A DNA stretch of 64,000 bases from Octopus bimaculoides (GCF_001194135.2 NC_068985.1:39058588-39122587), one strand, 5' to 3'. Shown: positions 37,963 through 51,718, counted from the first letter of the stretch. The notes: generated by a model from the sequence alone, not told the origin. Program-made: numbers and translations.

Positions 37963-39020
37963 ACTAAAGTTTACTTCTCGAGTCATGCCGACACACAAAG
38001 GTCGGTTTCCTTAGCGTATATAATACCCACGCGCCTCCACAATCTGGGCGGGAATGGACATCATTGTTGTAAGCTTTCACAGTCTGCAACGAGTTGTCAA
38101 ATCTAGATCTGTTTCCGACATGCTTGTTCCTTCTGGACATAGTTTCCAAAGCGAATTATAAAATAGATTTCGTTGTCCAAAGTTTACTCCAACTTTTAAT
38201 GTCTCGTATGTCAGTGAACTAGGTATACATATTTTAGATCTTATATATCCAACTTTCGATTACATTATTATATAGATTAATTGCTGGTTGGGACACTGTA
38301 TTTCGTCTTGCAACTATACTTTAATACCAAGTATATTACAGGTATACAAGTCAATACTGCGCCCTAGTTTGGGTTAGCAAATTTTCTATAGAACTTAGAG
38401 TCATTACCTATTTTCTATCTTCGATCGTATTGTTGACATCGATGTATTTGTATACATAACTTCGCAATTTTCAGTGATAGCTCTAAATTATATAGAAAAT
38501 CTATAGAGATACCCATTAAAAAGATAATTATAAAGATTACATTATATGCTAAATATTATATAGATTATATTACATACCAAAATCATATTTCAGTCAAAAT
38601 GCACACTTAAATTATCATAAACACGGATTTCGAAAGAGATCAGAATCAACACATTTGGAATTCTGTTGTGCAACTAACAATTGCTTCGTATTAAAAATGA
38701 GTCCAGCTGTGGATAAATCTGATTATATAATGCTAATTGCAACACATCCATTTCTAAACGTATGCTCAAACTTTCAGAATATTGAAAAGCATACACCATA
38801 AGAACTGATATCGCTCTGAATGTTATAACGAATGAAAGAAAGTCAGTTTTATTTTATTACAATTCTTTCTAGGTTATGAAACACGGAAAAGGATTTTTCA
38901 ATGGACTTATGAGTCGTTACAATAAATCAAAAAATTCGCATTTGTTCAGAGTATGCATCATACATAGAAAAATATTCACCAAAAAACAAACAAAACACAC
39001 ACACATACACACACACACGT

Positions 39021-39066
<46 letters not shown>

Positions 39067-39397
39067 CACACACACACTCAACACACAGACGCGCGTAACA
39101 CACGAAATACACAGACATATTATATATCAATATATGTGTGAATGCTTGTATATCATTCTTTGGGTTTTCGTTTGTCTTACACATAGAACCGATGTTTGTT
39201 TGATCATATCCTCACAATTTAGAGGTTCTGAGAATAAGCACCAGCCCGATTTCTCCGAAAAAGATTCTTCGTAACGGTACACTATTTTGGCCAGAGACCA
39301 ACGAGTGAAAAGTTAGGAATAAGAGATATACACACGTATGTTTGTCTGCGTACGTACATACATATATACATTCATATAAGCATACATACTCAAACGC

Positions 39398-39473
<76 letters not shown>

Positions 39474-39499
39474 GTGTGTGTATGTGTGTGTGTGTGAAA

Positions 39500-39735
39500 G
39501 CGCATGGCTCAGGGGTTAGAGCGTCGAGCTTACGATCGTGACGTCAATTCGAATCCCGGACAAGAAACTTTATTTCACGTTACTCTACTTCACTCAGCTG
39601 TAGAAATGAGTTGCGGTGTCACTAGTGCCAAGCTGTATCAGCCATTGCTTTTCTCTTGGATAACATCGATGGTGATAAAAGGGGAGGCAGGTATGCATGG
39701 GCAACTGCTGGTCTTCCATAAACAACCTTACGGCT
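39500..39735 (+). mobile_element. SINE family C variant
   Basis: GCGCATGGCTCAG.GGTTAGAGCGTCGAGCTTACGATCGTGA...TTCGAATCCCGGAC, then TTTATTTCACGTT.CTC...TCACTCAGCTGTAGAAATGAG. Confidence 0.8.
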
Positions 39736-41523
39736 GTAATACACTGATACCTTAACATCGTTGTTACTTATTTGCTTTTTATTCACCTTACTTCGAACTG
39801 TGCGGATAATTCCGGACTGACATAGTGACTCAACGTAAATGCCTACTGAATCATAATGCTGTGTGTGTGTGTGTGTGCGTGTGTCATGTGTCGTGTGTTG
39901 TGTGCGCATGTGTTGTATGTATATGCGTGTGCATAGATGTATATGTGCATTTCTGTAGTATATATATATATACATACATATATATACATATATATAAATA
40001 TATATATATATATATANNNNNNNNNNNNNNNNNNNNNNNNNNNNNNNNNNNNNNNNNNNNNNNNNNNNNNNNNNNNNNNNNNNNNNNNNNNNNNNTTTAC
40101 AGAAAAAGCACAAAGCACAACAAATGCAAATACGCTCTACACCTCAGCAGTTGTCGACAAAATATCTTCTAAAATAAATGTGTATGTATGCATATGCGCA
40201 TGCGTGTATGCATTCAGGTGTATATGTATGTACTTTAAATTAGTCTTGTATTAGAGATTTTGTCTAATAAATTTCTTAAACTCTTCTAGTGGATCAAGTT
40301 CATTCAGAGAATGCTACATAAGGTTTTAACATTTTTTAAACACCAACTTAAGTATATGCATGCTTCTTTGCCTGTGAATTTGTGTCCGTATGCATGTGTT
40401 TGTATGTGTCTAATACTTTAAAATGCAAAATAATGCAAATCCTATCTAATCCGTTGGTGCATTTCAGCATAGTGATAGAATATCCAAAACTGTTGAAATA
40501 AACTTCATTCATAGTTATGTTCCTTTTCTCTGGTATGTCTAAAAATGTATATACATATGCCTATATCTGTGTGTGAATATGACTGTATTCATATGTGTGT
40601 GTGTGTGTGTATGTGTGTGTGTGTGTGTGTATAAATATGTATAAATATNNNNNNNNNNNNNNNNNNNNNNNNNNNNNNNNNNNNNNNNNNNNNNNNNNNN
40701 NNNNNNNNNNNNNNNNNNNNNNNNNNNNNNNNNNNNNNNNNNNNNNNNNNNNNNNNNNNNNNNNNNNNNNNNNNNNNNNNNNNNNNNNNNNNNNNNNNNN
40801 NNNNNNNNNNNNNNNNNNNNNNNNNNNNNNNNNNNNNNNNNNNNNNNNNNNNNNNNNNNNNNNNNNNNNNNNNNNNNNNGGAAAATGTGGAGGTATGTAT
40901 AGTACTTCATATTCTCACTGTAACACATCCAAAAGAAAGCGTTTCTAAGCAGCCATATTAATATTAGCAACACACCTATATTGAAACAACTATCTGCATT
41001 CCTGGAACATCCGTTCGTTGTAATCCTTTTCAAATTTATTATTCCACCGAACTTTATCATGTTTCATATATTTTATTTGTCTATTCTTTAATCACTTCTA
41101 CTAAATAGAAAAAAGTTCAATGACGATGCTATCTCCACAAAGATAAAACCTTTTTGCATGAAGCATAAGAGGTCGTTTTGGATTGTTTTTGTTTGTATTT
41201 TGTTTTGTTTTTTCAAAACGTTTAATGATTAAAAAAAATTTTTTTTTTGTATGACCTTATTCGTGCCTTAAAATGTATGATGTCGTATGCTGAAATATTC
41301 AATTTACATACATAAATTCCAGAAAAGTTGTAGGTTTTGTTTATAAGTGTACGTATATACATATAAATTCGTACATACATATACTGAAGCTCACATAAGC
41401 ACATACTTTCTGTGTGTCTCTCCCTTTTTTCTTTCTGTCTCTAACTCCATCCCTTCCCCCCCCACACACACACACANNNNNNNNNNCTAACTCCATCCCT
41501 TCCCCCCCCACACACACACACAA

Positions 41524-41562
<39 letters not shown>

Positions 41563-42084
41563 ATCATACATACCTGTTTAATTATTTCACACATCCCATC
41601 ACGACGGTCTCCACATTGTGTTACATGCGTTATTTTTCCTGATCTGAATTTTGCCTTTGTTAAGAGTCCTTTAAGATCTTGAGATTAACTTTGGCGGTTA
41701 AAAATTTATGATTCTTTACTTTTCTGAGATTTCATAATCGCTGTAGATCCGGAAGGTAGCGTTTGACCGAATAGGATTATCAGCAAATAAAACTGGAACA
41801 TTTATGTTTGTATTATTGTCGTCATTATCATTGTGAAGTCTTCTCTGTAAGTCAGATATTCAAGGACTTTTGCCTTAGTTATAGCATAATGTACTAACGT
41901 TTTGATTATTTTTGCTGCTGGAAGAATATTTTAGTTCTACAAATCGTCTCTCCAGACTACTCGCGCCCTTATGTATTGAACACGAACAGCTTAACATATT
42001 ACATGCAATATAATATGGCGGTTAATTAGCATAGTTGTTAGCCTTCAATGTCGAAAGCAACATAGATTTACCAGCATTTCCTTC

Positions 42085-42235
42085 AGATCTCCATGTTCTG
42101 ATTTCAAATTATACCGAGGCAGATTTGACTTTTCTCAGATTTGGGGTCGATAAAACAAGTTACAGTAGATTACTGGCGTTCATGTTATCAACTTACTCTT
42201 TCTGCAATAACTTTACCAAACTGGAAGCCATATTA
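42085..42235 (+). mobile_element. Highly diverged SINE family A fragment
   Basis: ATGTTCTGA.TTCAAATT..ACCGAGG.AGA.TT.ACTTT.CTC...TTTGGGGTCGATAAAA.AAGT. Confidence 0.6.
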
Positions 42236-42384
42236 AATGGATCTTCCTTTCATATAGTAAGCTTGGTAAAAATCTAAATTCTATATATTGGTGCGTTTCC
42301 GTCTTCTTGCATTAGAGATCAGCTGTTTAAAAATCCCATTCTTCAAACATGTACATATGCCCATGGCAAATATCGAAATAATCG

Positions 42385-42497
42385 CAGATCAGCGTGAAAT
42401 GAAGTGCTTTGCTCAAGAACACAACGCAACGCCCGGTCTGGGAATTAAACCCACCATCCCGCAATCGTGAGTGCAACACTTTAGCCACTAAGCCATG
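42385..42497 (-). mobile_element. SINE family C, 5' fragment
   Basis: GCGTGAAATGAAGTG.TTTGCTCAAGAACACAACGCA.CGCCCGGTC.GGGAAT..AA.CCAC.ATC...CAATCGTGAGT.CAACAC..TAGCCACTAAGCCATG. Confidence 0.8.
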
Positions 42498-42531
42498 TAT
42501 ACACGAATACATACAGGCATGCATGCGCACG

Positions 42532-42616
<85 letters not shown>

Positions 42617-42703
42617 NNNNNNNNNNNNNNNNNNNNNNNNNNNNNNNNNNNNNNNNNNNNNNNNNNNNNNNNNNNNNNNNNNNNNNNNNNNNNNNNNNNN
42701 NNN

Positions 42704-42774
<71 letters not shown>

Positions 42775-43310
42775 TTCTCTTATATATATATATGTATATA
42801 TTGGAATTTATAGAAGTGAATTTCTATAGATATATTAGTATGCATGTACGTTGCAACTTGCCAGTCGCATAGTTAAACTTATGTTATAGGAATTTTGCAT
42901 AGAATCGCATGTTTCTAAGGTGTAACATCTTTACTTAGCATCTTCAGTGTCTTTAATGGAGTTCATTTTGTAGCGAGCATTTAGCCCAGGGATCGGTTTA
43001 ACGATATCTTCCTCTCTCCGTTCCTCCCACCATTTAGGAAAACTCTGTAAAGGGCCATTTTTTTGCCTAAATATATAGAAATTACTATCGAACTTACGGT
43101 CGGCTGATTAACTACTTAATCGATTTATTGGACGATTTTTCAGTAAGAGATTGGTAAAAAAAATATCATTCGTCTAGTTTGTCAGAATCATTTCATCTCT
43201 ATCTGACGTGTCCTCGTTCTTACTTTTCTGTCAACGAAACACCCTAACAGGAGATACTGTGTTTTGTAAGTGCATTTAAACTTTCAAGAGATAAGTGTAT
43301 TTGAGACTGA

Positions 43311-43348
<38 letters not shown>

Positions 43349-43832
43349 NNNNNNNNNNNNNNNNNNNNNNNNNNNNNNNNNNNNNNNNNNNNNNNNNNNN
43401 NNNNNNNNNNNNNNNNNNNNNNNNNNNNNNNNNNNNNNNNNNNNNNNNNNNNNNNNNNNNNNNNNNNNNNNNNNNNNNNNNNNNNNNNNNNNNNNNNNNN
43501 NNNNNNNNNNNNNNNNNNNNNNNNNNNNNNNNNNNNNNNNNNNNNNNNNNNNNNNNNNNNNNNNNNNNNNNNNNNNNNNNNNNNNNNNNNNNNNNNNNNN
43601 NNNNNNNNNNNNNNNNNNNNNNNNNNNNNNNNNNNNNNNNNNNNNNNNNNNNNNNNNNNNNNNNNNNNNNNNNNNNNNNNNNNNNNNNNNNNNNNNNNNN
43701 NNNNNNNNNNNNNNNNNNNNNNNNNNNNNNNNNNNNNNNNNNNNNNNNNNNNNNNNNNNNNNNNNNNNNNNNNNNNNNNNNNNNNNNNNNNNNNNNNNNN
43801 NNNNNNNNNNNNNNNNNNNNNNNNNNNNNNNN

Positions 43833-43896
<64 letters not shown>

Positions 43897-43924
43897 GTTT
43901 GTGTGGATGCGCTTATGTGATATG

Positions 43925-44130
43925 TGTGTATGTGTGTCCGGGTTTGTACCCCGCCAACGCTTGATAACCATTGTTGGTTTCGTTACTCCTATGTACCTAC
44001 CAGTTAGGCAGAAGCCACCAATATAGCAAGTATCAAACATTAAAATAAGTAATGATGTCAATGTTTCTGACAAAAGCCCTTCAAGACAAAACTCCTGCAT
44101 GGCCGCAGTCCAATAATTGAAGCAAGTAAA
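43925..44130 (+). mobile_element. SINE family B, 3' half
   Basis: TTTGT.CCCC.CCA.CGCTTGA.AACC.TTGTTGGT...CAGAAG..ACC.ATA...AAGTA and GCATGGCCGCAGTCCAAT.A.TGAAGCAAGTAAAA. Confidence 0.75.
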
Positions 44131-44309
44131 AAAGAAAAACTTAGATTCATACCATCCGAAAGACCCTTAGCATTCGTAGGTTCAGTGAAACATCACTAAA
44201 TTGTGAAACTGCTAGCAATCATTAGCGAAAAATTAGCTTCTATAATTAGATATCGCGAGGTCCAATCATTTCCATATTAATAAAGTGTCACAAAGTGCCT
44301 TCATGCATT

Positions 44310-44348
44310 TCTATTATTATTATTATTTTTATTATTATTATCATTATT

Positions 44349-44420
<72 letters not shown>
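44310..44420. repeat. (ATT)n microsatellite
   Basis: Directly visible. Confidence 0.95.
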
Positions 44421-44796
44421 GTTAACTGTTTTCTTCTTTAGCTTTACTATCAAACTTAGTCCTGTGGAGAGATAAGCTGGATGTAAGGCAAGACGAGAAA
44501 AAGCGTTGCTAATTTGAATTGTGTGAATAAGTACATAGGAAGTAAAGTGACATATTTTGTCACCTTATCAATTTTTTATTGCTATTTGAATGCATGTATA
44601 GATTTATATGTGTGGGAATGTGTGATTGTGTGTACACATTCCCCAAACACACACCCACACATACAGACACATATACATCCGCATGCATACACATGTGCAG
44701 AGACTGACATAGATAAATGTATGTGCGTAAGTGTCAGTGAATGCGTGTTTGTGTATGTATGAATATTGTATACTATAAGCACATACTTAAATGTAC

Positions 44797-44834
<38 letters not shown>

Positions 44835-46039
44835 NNNNNNNNNNNNNNNNNNNNNNNNNNNNNNNNNNNNNNNNNNNNNNNNNNNNNNNNNNNNNNNNNN
44901 NNNNNNNNNNNNNNNNNNNNNNNNNNNNNNNNNNNNNNNNNNNNNNNNNCTGTGATTAGTTATAATAAAAACAATTATATATTAATCTGGGGGATTATTC
45001 TATACTTTTGTTGTATACAAGTTAATTCTTTAAACAAGAATGCTGTTGACAGTGACTTCGAAGCTTCGCCCATTTAATCCATCTTCAGATTTCGTATTAC
45101 TTACATATGTATTTATCTGAGGAGTACGGGTCCGTCTCCCGTAGCCGTCTGCTGGCAACTTATTTCACTCTAATAAGGATAATATAGTCAATGTTTCTGC
45201 TCTGTAATATGTGTGTGTGTGTGTGTGTTTTTGTGTGTGTGTGTGTGTGTGTGTTTGTGTGTGTGTGTGACTCTGTATATGTGTGTGTGTGACTCTATAT
45301 GTGTGTGTGTGTGTGTGTGTGTATACATATATATGTATAACGAATGTTTCAGAAGGTCACTTTTCAATCAAGTGTTACTGGGTTCGATCTCACAGACTGG
45401 TACCCTAGCCTGACATCTTTTAGCGCTCTCTCGTGTCACATTTCGTCTTGTGAAGGAAACTAAGCAGACAGAAAATGTGTAGAATCTCATCAGATGGACT
45501 GCACTTGTAATTAAAGCTTAAGCTTTGTAATATAGTGTATGACACTGATTCTACCTGAGGATTAGATTAATGGTCCCCGTTGTCTCTAAATTGTTTGGCT
45601 ACTTGCGCGCTAGTTATTTGAAATGGTAAATTCAGTTGTTTGAACAGTAGAATGGTCACGATCGAAAGCAACATAGAACCGAATGTTCTTTCACCGGTTT
45701 CAAAATTTGCATATTTATTGCACGTCCATCAAAGGATTTTAGGCGATTACAGGACACAGAATACACATGTCATTTCGTCATTTATTTCATTGATCTCTAT
45801 ACAGAGTAAGGGTCAGTTAGATTTTAGGCACAGCACGAGTTTTACGTCGTCAAATATAAATAGAGAAAGGGCAAAAACACATATACATGACATAAACACG
45901 TACACACATCTACATACATACACACTTATGCATACTTCTAAGTATAGATAAATATATAAACACTGTATTTTCCTGAAAATGTATCCACACTTCAATAGCA
46001 GACAGCTCGATATATACTTCGTTTAGGGTTAAACCATTA

Positions 46040-46945
46040 GAAATAATGAAGGTACCAGACAAAGCTTTCTGCTAAAGTAATCATGAGTATTTGAAAGTAC
46101 AGTCGAAGTACAAAGATATTTTAGGAGAAGGAGTTTTAAACAGATCGACCTACTCAATTTTGTAGTATACATACATACATACATACATACATACTTACAT
46201 ACATATATACATACATACATACATACATACATACATACAACCTCATTCGAATTAGAAATAAATTTGAAGCAGATGGAACTCTTCAGAATGTTTACAAGAA
46301 ACGGCACTGAAGACCGCAGACATCGCTGCGCACCACAAGGCAAGAAAGTTCACAACAGACATGTTACCAGAGTTCGCGAGCTCGGAATTTCAAAATCAAA
46401 TGCTCATCGCATTTTGAAGTTGTATCATCTGGTAAGTTACATTCCGAGAATAATTAATATTTCCAATGAAGATAATCCAGAGAGAAGGACTCTTTGAGGG
46501 GTACTTGGATAGATGTGTAGAAGATGCGGGCTTTCCAATTAATTTTCTTTGGAGTGATGAGGCTACATTTTAAAAAAATTCCTCGCTTAACCACTGCAAT
46601 TGCACTTACATGAAATCTGAAAATCCGCATATAACGGGAGAACATCAAGCTTTTCACCAAAAGGATTAACTAGACCGCCATTTTTTTTGTTTTGTTTTGG
46701 AAGGGTCTGTACTGTGACCTAATTACTAGAACTAGGTGCAACGTTCTGTCAAGTCAAGCATTTAAGAGGACTTTGAAGAGCTGGGGTGTATTTCCAACAA
46801 GACAGTGCACGCCCACATTACCATAGAAATGTAAGGGACTATCTTGATGAGATATTGTCCAACAAGACGATTAGACGAAGTGGATCAGTAGACTAGTCTC
46901 TGCTTGCCCCGGACCTCACACCACGAGACACTTTTACTGATACAT
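46040..46945 (+). pseudogene. Degenerate Tc1/mariner transposase, DD41D (rosa/Visitor-type) spacing
   Basis: HTH-like VQSKYKDILGEG..NRST / RIRNKFEADGTLQNV, RELGISKSNAHRILK, LWSDEATF (46547-46570), and YFQQDSARPHY.RNVRDYLDE...RRSG...*...PDLTPRD. There are exactly 41 codons between the second D (46801) and the third D (46927). The conserved W is mutated to TAG, with several frameshifts. Confidence 0.9.
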
Positions 46946-47411
46946 AAAAAATAATAAGCCCCTAAAATATAAATAAGTCAAAGCTAAGCTCGACAAGATT
47001 TGAACTCAAAGTACGGTGACGCGGATCGACTAGAGTAAGGCATTTTGACTCGCGCTGTAATGATCCCGTCATTTCAAACACCAGGTGATTCTTAATATAT
47101 TATTCTATACGTAATACGATGCATCATACATTATTCACTAATATCTTATCCGTGTATTTATGTGGCTATGACCTCAAGTGTATTTTAAATCAACGCTGAA
47201 TACATATACACGCATATGGATATACATATACTGTGTGTACGCATCTTCGTATACACGAATTCATTTACTCAATAGTTGTTAGTGTAAACTTTCTTGAAAG
47301 TCCTATACCACCTGACGATTTATTTTACATATTTATAACCCTGGATCATTTATAATGGATATCTACAACATTCGATGATTTATTCTGAATAGTTATACCT
47401 CTGGATAATAC

Positions 47412-47453
<42 letters not shown>

Positions 47454-47976
47454 TAAACACACACGCACACAAACACACACGCACACAAACACACACGCAC
47501 ACAAACACACACAGACAGACTCACACACACAACAATGGATAATTTATGAGCCAACGAGGATATAACTACTCGGCCGCTCTACACTGCTAGAATTAGCAGT
47601 TGAATCTTCTTCGAATCGCATCCCACTATGTGAGAGGAAAATGACACATTATATAATGCAGTCTTGGATAGACATTTCATGAACAAAAAGAAAGGAAAAA
47701 GCCAGGGTGTTAATGGTAATGCCAGCAACAACTCACACTGGATAATTTATTGAAGATACCGACCCGAATTGATATCACAATTCTTCAGTTGTCATACAGA
47801 GGGATTGCGATATTATATATCTCAAGTGGTTGTAACTATAAATTATTTTGGAGCATGACTAAATATTAAATATATAATACACACACACACACACATGTAT
47901 TTATACATACATACACAAGCACACATACATACATACATATATGCGTATATGTATCAACACATAGATAAATAAATAA

Positions 47977-48038
<62 letters not shown>

Positions 48039-48358
48039 TGACATAGAGAGAGAGCGGGGAGTGATAACAGTTAGAGTATATTCATCGTTCATTCGTGATT
48101 TTATGTGGTCTAGTATTTCCTGTACATATAAATGCTTAGAATCAATTGTTTCATATTTCTCTTTCATATGAAATATCCTGCAACTAGAACCTTATCGCTA
48201 ATGAATCAGTGGTTTGGGGGCCAAAGGTTTTCGTTAGTAAATGAAATAGCTGCGAATGTAAGCAATCACGAATACATATTTAGATCAATGCGTGTTTATC
48301 ACATACAAGCAGAATCATGAATTTATTGGCGTATAGATTGTTAAATTGATATGTATAT

Positions 48359-48399
<41 letters not shown>

Positions 48400-48781
48400 N
48401 NNNNNNNNNNNNNNNNNNNNNNNNNNNNNNNNNNNNNNNNNNNNNNNNNNNNNNNNNNNNNNNNNNNNNNNNNNNNNNNNNNNNNNNNNNNNNNNNNNNN
48501 NNNNNNNNNNNNNNNNNNNNNNNNNNNNNNNNNNNNNNNNNNNNNNNNNNNNNNNNNNNNNNNNNNNNNNNNNNNNNNNNNNNNNNNNNNNNNNNNNNNN
48601 NNNNNNNNNNNNNNNNNNNNNNNNNNNNNNNNNNNNNNNNNNNNNNNNNNNNNNNNNNNNNNNNNNNNNNNNNNNNNNNNNNNNNNNNNNNNNNNNNNNN
48701 NNNNNNNNNNNNNNNNNNNNNNNNNNNNNNNNNNNNNNNNNNNNNNNNNNNNNNNNNNNNNNNNNNNNNNNNNNNNNNNNN

Positions 48782-48837
<56 letters not shown>

Positions 48838-48838
<1 letters not shown>

Positions 48839-48912
48839 GAATTCACTTGCCCAAGGTGCCACGCAGTGGGACTGAACCCGAAACCATATGGTTAAGAAGG
48901 AAGCTTATTACT
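48838..48912 (-). mobile_element. SINE family B head fragment
   Basis: CACTTGCCCAAGGTGCCACGCAGTGGGACTGAACCCG.AACCAT.TGGTT is the reverse complement of the family B head. Confidence 0.85.
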
Positions 48913-48914
48913 AC

Positions 48915-49108
48915 ATACATACATGCATACATGAACACATACATACGTGCATGCATGCATTCACACATACATACATACATGCATACATGCATATATACAT
49001 ACATAAATACATACATACATACATGCATGCATACATGCATGCATGCATGCATACATACATACATACATACATACATACATACATACATACATACATACAT
49101 ACATACAT
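48915..49108. repeat. (TACA)n/(TGCA)n microsatellite
   Basis: Directly visible. Confidence 0.95.
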
Positions 49109-49242
49109 GGCGCCTTGAACATCAGACGTTCAGGCGTTGAGGACTATTTAAAATTTCTTTTCGAACGTTTTTTTCTACCTCTACACTTATGCCGACTCCT
49201 CTAGCCTAAAATAGTAATTGGTTTATTTCTTTAATCATAAAT

Positions 49243-49351
49243 AAATGGTGACATTGTTTCCCTTATCTACATTCCAACGATAGAGTTTTGTATCCCTGTT
49301 AGAAACCAGCTCCTTCCTCAGCGGAAGAATTTAAATAATTAGAAACAGAAG
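49243..49351 (+). mobile_element. 3' UTR-only copy of the R4/Dong-like element
   Basis: TGACATTG...AC.TTCCAACGAT.GAG.TTTGTATC..T.TTAGAAACCA.CT.CTTC.TCAG.G.AAGAATTTAAATAATT.GAA..CAGAAG is shared with 50383-50492. Confidence 0.8.
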
Positions 49352-49380
49352 AAGTTTTACGTACATATAAGCATACACGC

Positions 49381-50492
49381 ATGATATCAACTGGCTCTAC
49401 CGTGATACCAACAGGCTCTACTTAAGAAGAGATAAAGGAAGTAGGAGCTTCATATCAGTGCAGACAGCCTGTCTCCCTCAGACAACACTTGCTAAACAAC
49501 ATCAGCAAAAATAAATACATTAACTCAGTGCTGAAAAGTGAAGAAATGAGCTCCTCGGGAGACCCTTTTTTTCCTGATGAACTCCCATACAATCGCAAAT
49601 CAACCAACGGGACGAGCATACCTCAAAGAAGACCTGGATGTGAAACTGTTGTGTCGACGCCCCCAAGCGAAGAAGTAGGATCTCCCAAGACATATAAATA
49701 GACGTAGTTTGACCGTGGTAGAGAGTTGAGTAGCTGACGAGGAGCAGTCTAGGAGTGGTTGAGTAGAGATCATCCGAAGGTGCTAGATAGCAGTAGCGTT
49801 GAGACATAACAGAAACGCTCAGCATACCAAATAAAGACGTGTATGTTTCCTGAAACTTTGAAGAAGACAGTACTTTTGACATGAAGCGAAGCCTCTCTTG
49901 GACTCGTGATCGCTGCATCACACTTTGAAGGTTATACATTTGCATTCCAAGAAGAAGAGATCGCTACTAATACCCAATAAAGAGACAGTGAATCCCTTAG
50001 AGTTCCATGATGGATGATTCCACAGACAAAATATATGTCAAGGTAACCGTAACAGGCCGGACATTGTTGTTTGGGACAAATACGGTAAAGTATGTACCGT
50101 CATAGAGGTTACCTGTCCTATTGATGTGAATATCATTTTGAAGATATAAGAGAAAGAAGATAACTATGAAGAACTGCTTCGAAACCACCATCTTTTATAT
50201 CCAGATTACAAATTTACATTTATACCAATAATAACTAGTGTACTTGGTTTTCTAAGTAAATGCCTAACTGTCAGTTTCGATATGCCTGGATTCTTAGGAA
50301 AAAAATCAACCATTTGATTCGCACATTACAAATACAATCTGTAAGCGGAACAGTAAGACAACGCAAGACTTTTCTCGGGTTTAAAATGTGACATTGTGTT
50401 CGTAATTTACGTTCCAACGATGGAGCTTTGTATCTTTATTAGAAACCAACTGCTTCTTCAGAGAAAGAATTTAAATAATTGAACACAGAAGA
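49381..50492 (+). pseudogene. 5'-truncated, decayed RLE non-LTR retrotransposon (R4/Dong-clade-like): RT thumb, post-RT region, RLE endonuclease and 3' UTR
   Basis: Translations NRLYLRRDKGSRSFISV (cf. RLYL.RKEGGRGL), QHLLNNISKNKYI, DMKRSLSWTRDR..HFEGYTFAFQEEEIAT, NRPDIVVWDKYGKVCTVIEVTCPIDVN (50051-50131), EKEDNY..L...LLYPDYKF.FIPII..VLGF and LQIQSVSGTVR..KTFLGFKM* (stop 50389-50391). The CCHC knuckle appears deleted. Confidence 0.85.
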
Positions 50493-51414
50493 GACATACA
50501 TACATACATATGAAGATTTCGCTTAAATGGAGTTATACTAATAACCTAAGGATCTTTTGGATGGTATGTTTCTAAGCCCCAGTACGATTATCAGCTACCA
50601 TATGCCATCATACAGTGGAATATTATTTTTACTGGAAATATAAAAGAGCAAATCCGTTTAGTCTCCGAAGAATCCATGCAAAAGAAAAGAAGATGAAATG
50701 AACAGGCTTCAATCCAAACCACAATTGTTTCTGTGCGTTACTAACAGTATTTAGTTGGTGAGTTTTCTATATTCTACATATTGTTATATTAAAATCATAT
50801 AAATATGATCCGGCAATTGCAATGTACTCTCACCTCCTCAGTCGAGTTGTTTTGAGAGCACTCTGAGAGCACTGCTTTGTTCGCAATGACATCCCCCTGA
50901 TGACGTGCGAGTGCACAGCCATGGTATTTATTTAATGATATGTATAATATGCAAAATTCAGTACCTAAGAACCCCTACTAATGCACAGAAACAATTATTA
51001 TCATTTGGATTAAATCATATTCATTCTATTTTCTTCCAATTAATCTCTATATCGTGACACGTTAAGAAGCGTTGAACTGCACCAGCATTTTGCCTCGAAT
51101 CAAGTATGAGAATCGACTCAGAATCGTTGTTACTGTCCCCATCAGTAAAGTTAAGACCGATGAATTTTTACTGGTATTGTGTCGTATTTGTTGTAATAAT
51201 GCATTAAAGTTAACTACTGATATTTTGAAATCATTCAATACGTAAGACTCGGTATTCGCGACATATAATGGAAAACGCATCAATTACATATATGTTATTT
51301 TTGAAATGCATTAACGTAATGGATGCATTTCCTGTTCTATATTATGCCAACCTGATGAGTACGTATTAAATTATTTCAAAATATCACTTCATTATTGTAA
51401 CTTTGTATACAGAT

Positions 51415-51568
51415 ATATGTGGCTGCGTGGTAAGATGTTTGCTTCGCAACCAAATGGTTCCGGGTTCAGTCCCATTGCATGGCACATTCGGCAGCTGCTT
51501 TCTACTATAGCCTCTGGTGGACTAAAGCCTTGAGAGTGGATTTGGTAGACTGAGACAGAAAGACGTCC
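51415..51568 (+). mobile_element. SINE family B, 5' half
   Basis: GTGGCTGCGTGGTAAGATGTTTGCTTC.CAACCA.ATGGTTCCGGGTTCAGTCCCA.TGC.TGGCAC...CTACTATAGCCTC.GG..GAC.AAAGCCTTG.GAGTGGATTTGGTAGAC. Confidence 0.9.
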
Positions 51569-51718
51569 GGACAATACATATAACTTTTATTAACCAAATT
51601 GTCATCTTCTATTGAAAGAACTTACCAGCTGTATAGATATATATACATACATACATACATACATATACCAATAGCCCCTCAGTCATGATATTTAAATGCC
51701 TGCATTTATATGCCCATA

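Noticed and set aside
41440-41520. Direct repeat CTAACTCCATCCCTTCCCCCCC flanking a short gap
   Set aside because: Contig-overlap artefact.
49110-49137. Hairpin GCGCC(T)TGAAC / GTTCAGGCGT directly after the (TACA)n array
   Set aside because: A single short stem with no HDV-like or hammerhead core around it.
50720-50765. TACTAAC branch-point consensus followed by AG and GTGAGT (micro-exon?)
   Set aside because: Spacing is atypical and it cannot be supported without RNA data.
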